DNA from: Gracilinanus agilis
Lineage: Eukaryota
DNA length: 64,000 nt
Assembly: GCF_016433145.1 (NCBI RefSeq)
Contig: NC_058130.1
Span: 92,097,002 to 92,161,001, forward strand
Direction: 5' to 3'
Positions 44,805 to 64,000 of this stretch are shown in pieces. Below the pieces are notes generated by a model. It was not told the DNA's origin and ran no database searches. It saw only the letters and a program-made list of their open reading frames with translations. Every line of letters starts with the position of its first letter. Within the stretch, counting starts at the first letter, position 1. The translations under genes and the position numbers were made by a program.

Positions 44805-47800
44805 AACCCCCATCTTTTGGGTGATATCTTTGTGAGTCTTCTTCCGCACTCTCTTCTACCAGCCCCAGAAGTTAGTCTAGCATGGCCACTGGTTTTGGGG
44901 TCTATCATCTCCCCTTTTGATACTAGAAGACATTCTGATGTAGGGGAGTCTCTCGCCTCAGTGTTACACTAAGTGATCTAGGTAGGGTGACCTTTGTGGA
45001 CACACAGTTGTTGACCCTCTGGTGTGGGTTTAGCCATTCCGCATCAAATGGGACAGAGACAGAGCGTACCCCGAGATTCCCCTTTGGGGTATAAACTTAA
45101 AATTGGAAAAATTGGCTCTAGACACCTTGAGAAAAAAGAAACTAATTTCTTTTTGTAATGTTGAATGACTACATTATACCTTTGATAAATAAGCAAGAGG
45201 CATGGCCTATCCATGGCACCCTAAACTGTAATACTGTCTTCTATTTACAAATTGAACAAATTTTTTAAAATTTAAGTCAGGCCTAGACAGCTCGTATCCT
45301 CCCTTGGGTAGTGACTGCGCTGGACTTTCTCCCTTTTCAGTCTAGGAAACCTCAGGGTCGGAGTGGCTACCAAGCCTGAGGCGGGAGCCAGATAGGGACT
45401 TGCCAACCCAATTAAGACAAAGGGAAAAGCATCCTCACAGGCTTCTTCTGTTGGGTTTTTTGTTTGTTTTTGTTTTGTTTTTTCTCATGCTGCATAGCTG
45501 AGCAACATCATGGAAAAATGAGGACATTGGTTTTTTGGTACCCTAAATTCTAACACCAGGTGGCAATTGGACATATTTTGCAGGAAAGAAGGCATATGGT
45601 CAGAAGCCTTTTAGCTTTATCCCCTCATTAGGCTCCCAGTTCTCCAAACTCTACTCTTTACTTGGATTTTAAGGCAAGGGCCCACCCAGAAATTCAGGCT
45701 AAGATAAAGGAGGAAACCAGGCAGCTATAGGTTCACTGTCCAGATCTGCCTTCCTCTTCTGCAGCAGGGAGGAAGTGAGTTGATTTTGAACAGAAAGACA
45801 ATTAGAATTGGTGAATCACCCCTACTTTTGGGATTCTTAAATGTCATGCTTTTAAACTAAGTTTTTTTTTTTAACTTGTGGAACAACAATTATCCTCTAT
45901 TTTTGGGTAAACAGAGATAGATAAGAAGTCCTGTTAAATCTGGAAGTAATGCTTAAATCTCTCTTATTAGAGTTCTTTATTGGTATTTTAATTCAAAATT
46001 GTGATCATGTATATATGTGGGTTTAGAAAATAACATCCTAATTCTAATTATGTTTGTTGGACAGTGAAATGTCAGTCTGTATAGAAAAGCCATGGATCAG
46101 TTTTGTAAAACAGAGTTTTTAGCAGTATAGTCTCAAGAAGACTGCTTTCTATCCTTATCTATCTTTCCATCATAAAAGGTTTATAAAAAATGGGTTTAAG
46201 TGTTTAAACTTATCAAAAATGTTTTTTATTTAAAATTATCACAAATGGTTTTCATCTCAGTATTAAAGTTGACTAACTTTATTATTACATTTAACTTCCT
46301 GATCTTGAGAATAGATAACCAGCCTGCTTGTCAAAAGGCTTGCTTTAAGGTTTTCAGCACTTAAAATGTTTTAAATTTCTAAATATGTTATGTGAATTGC
46401 TGCTAAAACATGTGTATTAAGTATTGTGTAAATGTAAGCGAAAGCTCATTGTAAACCTGACTGTATCATAACTTTTTTGTTCTGTTCTAAGTGATTACCT
46501 CAGTTTACCAATTTGTACTATGAACTGAAATTTATAACTGATTAGTACTATGCTAAAAATACAATGTTTCAAAGATGTAATCCTTTAAATCAGGATTCTT
46601 TTGGGTTACTGATTAGCAATTGAAGTGATATAGAATGTTTATTTGACTTATGATAGTAAAAGCAAGTCAGAGGAGGTGAAGAGGTATGTTGAGTTTGAAT
46701 AAAGCTTGAGTATACAGATCTGTGAAGGGAGAATGGAAGTTGTATTCTGCTTTTAAGAAGAGGGTTTTGAAGGAAAAGAGAGAGAGAGAAGGTGAAAGAA
46801 AACATAATTGAATCTTTAACTGAGGGATAATTTCTAGAATTGATGTATGTGGTTTTGGAAAATAACAAATGATTCTGGAATTTCTCTGGAAATTCTGAGA
46901 GATTCCTGACTGATCTTGTCTTAGTTCAGTGATAGGCTTTTGAGCTTGGCGTGTCAAAATTCGCCAAAAACCAAGCATAACTCAGGTGTTATGTCACTTC
47001 GAGAAAAAAAAAATTTTGTGATATTTATAGTTTAAATTAAAAGAAAGTATAATTGTAATATATAACTGTGTTTCATAAACCAAAAAACTAATTATTTAAC
47101 TTACCTGCTTAGTGACAGTTGTTTTGGCCTACAAAACCTCTGGCACAGAATGTCGGCATGTGGCCTGCAGCCACATGTCATCGAAAATGGCTATGCATGT
47201 CAGTGTTGACAGGCATGTTATAGGTTTGCCATCAGGGTCTTAGTTCCTTCAGAAGGCTTAGGGCCAGGATATGATCTAGCTCTGATTTGCTTTAAGGAAT
47301 CCTTAGAGTGGTCAAGTGATCAGAAAAGCTAGTTTGAGGTATATGGAAATTTTTTTTATCTGCTGATAAGCAGAATTTCTCTCAGCTGAAATGGGTAAGT
47401 CTTGTCTTTTAAAGCAAAAAGGTTTCTGGGATCCAATGGTGATGAAGTACTCTAAGGAGAGAGAAAGTCCTAGGATGGTTAAGAAGGGCAATTCAGGGCT
47501 CAACTTGGACTGGACCTTTTTTGACCATCTAGGCTGCTGATTCTTGAGTGATACGTGTCACAAGCCAGTGACAGCCTTGCCTTGTACATGAAGCCACTCA
47601 CTGTGTCCTTTGGGATGTGAGGAAACATTTTTCCCTGTCTGCCTTTTCCTTTGTGACAAATTCCCATAATCAGCACATAATGCAAATTGTAAAATTAAAG
47701 TTTCCATTTCCCCAAACAACCTATTCGGTTAATAATTGAAAATTATCAAATTGTTAGGGAACATACTTTTAGAAGTAGGTGAAGTTTATTAATAAATGAT

Positions 47801-48496
47801 TTGTAACTGCAGCCTTAATTTACCACAATTGAAATTTGGATCTTGAGCTTGGAAATATAACCCAAAGCTTTCTGGATTTCCTCCAGAATCTGAGATAAAG
47901 AAATTCATCTGTAAAATATTGTTAATCAAGTGTTTATAGATGCCATATTAATGTGGACTTTACAAAAGGATATTCTTAAGCAGAAACATCACATACCATC
48001 TCTGCAAACAACTTAGGAATCAAATTTCATAAAGGGATCCATTCCTGTCAGAAGATGATTTCTGAAGATGGAGTTTGTTGGCTAAGATACCCAAATGCTC
48101 ATGTTTAATATCAAGTTCTATTGTATTAATTTTCTCTGTTTATATCTGTCCCTCTAGTGTTTGCCCCAGTCCTGGGTTCTATACTTCTGCCTCAGGGACT
48201 GACTCTTCCCCCTTGTGACCTGTCTGCTAATTAGAGGAAGCAGTCACTGGACACCTCCAAGCCTTCAGGTCCCCAGCTACTAGGACCCAGGCATTGACTG
48301 AGGACATGCCCCTAAAGACCCTGTGCCCACAGCCCCTCCCTCCCTGTTATCTTACCCGCCCTTGCTTTAGCCTGACCCATAACTATTCCTTTCCTTACAT
48401 TCTGGGTCTTCTATGTTTTAAATCATGCATGCCCCACCAGCTGGACAGAATACTCTGATTCAACTTGGGGAAGACCTGCCTCCCCCAATTGTGTAT

Positions 48497-49211
48497 TGTG
48501 ATAATTAGATTAAATCTACCCTCCCCATATTTAGATTTAATCACCAAAGGTGAAAACATCTCCACTTAACTCACAAGTTGGGAGGTCTGTGACCCATGTG
48601 CTAGAATGAGTGACAAATCAAAATTTACTGACTGCTTCCTGGGCAATCCTAAGAAAAGTACCTGTTGTGATTGGACATGTAAACTAGGAGGAAGGCATAG
48701 GAAGTGATGCATAAGAAGTCCCTTTAAAAGAGAGTTCAATGAGTTCAGCTTGTCTCTTCTGCTTCCTGTCTTGTATCTGAAGGAGCTCTTCTTGTTGGTG
48801 TCTTGGACCTGGAGGAGTGCTGGACCTGGAACCCTGAGACCTTGGTGAGACTATTCTTAAATCTTTCCCTTAGAATTACTCGTGGTGAGTGGAGAAGGCT
48901 GACTACCTTAGCCTCTGGAGGGGCCCTTGATTGGGAGAAGTCCTTGTGACTAAACCCCTTGTTAATTGACTTTTAGGCTCTCTGGCTGGGCCTCTGGAGC
49001 CCTGCCGGAGTAAAGCCCAGACTTGAATACGAATCTAGTTAGTTAAGTTAGATCTCTTACTCTACCCTCTTCTCATCTCTCTATTTCCACTCTCCTATAT
49101 TTTGTAAATAAATTACTAAAATCATCTTAGGAATTGGTATTTATTCAGTTCCTTGGCAACCACACCTTTAAATATTAATATAAAAAAAAACAACCCTTTT
49201 CCCCTCTTACA
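48497..49211 (+). mobile_element. Solo LTR nested in the ERV
   Basis: TG...CA ends with a 4-bp TSD gtat (48493-48496 and 49212-49215). Confidence 0.85.
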
Positions 49212-49887
49212 GTATGAAACACCCCCAAAGTGGAGAGAATCCCAAGCTTCTAGCCCATGGTCTTAGTGCCTCTGAGGCTTACCCAAAACCTGAGGCTTCA
49301 AGGATATTCACATTCTCCCCAGTTTTGTCTATTCCCCTTTGGGATATGTGGATCTTGCATTTTTAACCTTATCACTTCTCTAGTTGCTTCTAGGGTGAAA
49401 ACTCTCATTGGTGTCATGGAGATGCCATTACAACCCTTGCAACCATTCTAGCCTAAACCCCTGGACATTGCCTACAGCCAATACCTTTCTCTCCTGACAA
49501 TAGGCAGAGACAGCTCTACAACCATTCTCAGCTCTGAAGAAGCTACAGCAGAGTGAGACCATAACCCTTTTCCCCTTAGATATTTGAGGAGGGGTAGATG
49601 GACAGAGACACACCTTATTCATCTGTCTTCCAAATCACAAGAACCGCCCCTATGTCTTTGGGCAAATCTCCCCCACTCCTGGCTTCAGTGCTTACCACTC
49701 TAGAGCCACATCCTCACTGTTGTAAAGAGTATAAAAACCCTAGAATGGATGTCCTCTGGGGGACAGCTTTTTCCATGCTGTCATCCCAAGGAACAGCTTC
49801 CCATCTTGCTATCCTCCTGGCCATTCTCAACATTACTTTTCAAATTAATAAATTTCTCTTTTTAAGTTTTTGGAGTCTTGCATTCTT

Positions 49888-50102
49888 TTTTTTTTTTTTT
49901 TTTTTAAATTTTTTTTTTTTTATTTTAAACCCTTAACTTCTGTGTATTGACTTATAGGTGGAAGAGTGGTAAGGGTAGGCAATGGGGGTCAAGTGACTTG
50001 CCCAAGGTCACACAACTGGGAAGTGTCTGAGGCCGGATTTGAACCTAGGACCTCCCGTCTCTAGGCCTGGCTCTCAATCCACTGAGCTACCCAGCTGCCC
50101 CT
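49888..50102 (-). mobile_element. Young opossum SINE inserted in the ERV 3' LTR
   Basis: 16-bp TSD ggagtcttgcattctt at 49872 and 50103. Confidence 0.9.
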
Positions 50103-51525
50103 GGAGTCTTGCATTCTTGCAAAAGGCATCCTTTCCAAACCCAGGAGGTTCACCTCTGTATCCCACAACACTATGACTTTAGTGGATCTTCAAATGAAAA
50201 TAACTCAAGACCTTTCATTATACTAGTTGCCTTTTTCTGCACCTTCTTCAACACACTAACATCCTCTTTAAAAAAACAGGATACTCCAGATGTGGTTTAA
50301 CTAGGGCAGTAGACAGCTATCCTCTTTGACATCTGGATATTGACTTTTTTCTAGCAGCCTAAGGGCACATTGACTTTTTTGGCTGATAGGATTATACTGT
50401 TGACTCATATTGAGCTTTCAGTGATTTAAAACCCCAAGATTTTTTTTTTTCCTTTTCCTAAGCTTAAATGCTGGGCAGCCAAGTCTTCAGCATCTGAAAC
50501 TTGTGGAGTTCCTTAAAAAAAAAAGTATTTATGTGACTATATATGTATACTTAAATGTAAAATGTATATATGTGTGTGGGGTGGGGTCCTTTGAGAATTC
50601 TGAGGTTCTGTAACTAATTCACTGCTGTTTAATTATTGTTTCTTTCAACTCTACCTGAGCTAGTGACTTGGCAAAGATAAGGTAGTGGTTTGCTAGTTCC
50701 TTCTCCAGGGTACCCTGACTTTATAGATGAAGAATAGAGGCAAATAGGGGTTGTTATTCACCAAAACACAGATAGTGTCCGAGGCCATATTTGAACTCAG
50801 ATCTTCCTGACTCCAGAAGCAGTGCTGCCTCCCCTGTACCATATAGCTGTCACCCAACTGTAGTCTAACTCACTCTATTTCAGGAAGTTGGGCACAAACT
50901 CAATAATCTCACTATTTCTGTCCTCACAAAAAAGACTTATGGGTAGACGAGTCAATGGCCAAGATTTGTGCCAGTTATTCTGCAGTTGTGCTAGTTATTT
51001 ATGCAATTATTCTGACCTAAAGATCTTCCATAACCGGGAACACTGATTGCACATTTTTACCAATCTAAGAAATGGATTCACCACGGGAGCGACTCACGCA
51101 TTGCCAACTACACATCTGGAATGGTTTTTTTCATTTTACTTGGCAAATAGTTTCCCAGAGGTACTGAGCAAGTAGCGAATCACGCAGGCCAGATTGCCCC
51201 TCTTCCTTTCCCCCGCCCCAAACAACCACGTGTTCTCTTCAGAAAAATCTCAGGAAGCTTTCAGGCCACGCCTTCCCCATCACTTCCCCCAGTTACACCA
51301 ACAGTAACATGGCGACCTCCGGAAGTGGCGGAAGCCCTCGGGTAGGTTCTTCCCTCTGAAGATCTTTAATAGTGTTGAAGCGCTGTTCAGTCTCCGCCCT
51401 CCAAGAGCTATCCCATTGGTCTTTCTTTGTAGACGCGTACACGCGCGTCTCCCTATTGGTTAGGCGTGAGTGAGCGAGGCGGCGCCGATTGGTCGGGTAT
51501 GCTTCCTGTTCTGAGCGGCTCCACG

Positions 51526-64000
<12,475 letters not shown>

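Larger units (their letters stand above)
44805..50170 (+). mobile_element. Decayed ERV1 (gamma-like) provirus: gag remnant, internal sequence, PPT and 3' LTR (49599 to about 50170)
   Basis: ATG at 45048 begins a frameshifted MGQRQSVPRDSPLG...WP.HG.LN.NT...LDIFCRKEG.WSE, resembling HERV-W/ERV9-type matrix. Purine tract gaggaggggtaga (49586-49598) is followed by TG; TATA-like gtataaaa, AATAAA and a terminal CA follow. Confidence 0.6.

Overview
Vertebrate genomic DNA, most likely from a didelphid marsupial (opossum), judged from the abundant opossum-type SINEs, MAR1, L2, L3/CR1 and MIR remnants. It carries three same-strand (+) protein-coding loci. (1) USP19, essentially complete: non-coding exon 1, 26 coding exons reconstructed in frame (about 1386 aa), and both alternative last exons (ER transmembrane tail and cytosolic MEEVD tail). 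(2) An intact single-coding-exon class A GPCR (37841-39208, 455 aa) that is clearly a GPR22 homologue, with its own CpG-island first exon; the human USP19-QARS1 interval has no such gene to my knowledge. (3) The first 18 exons of QARS1, which runs off the window. The GPR22-like gene is the main finding: its position beside the LAMB2/USP19 block suggests a whole-genome-duplication paralogue (ohnologue) of GPR22 kept in marsupials and apparently lost in placentals. Secondary observations: uORFs in its leader, a duplicated USP19 splice-acceptor/degron segment, a possible upstream in-frame QARS1 exon, and a nested Tigger1/L1/LTR/ERV1 cluster with signs of an LTR-mediated deletion. All exon coordinates were derived by hand. 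Repeat family names and cross-species comparisons come from recall, not database searches.
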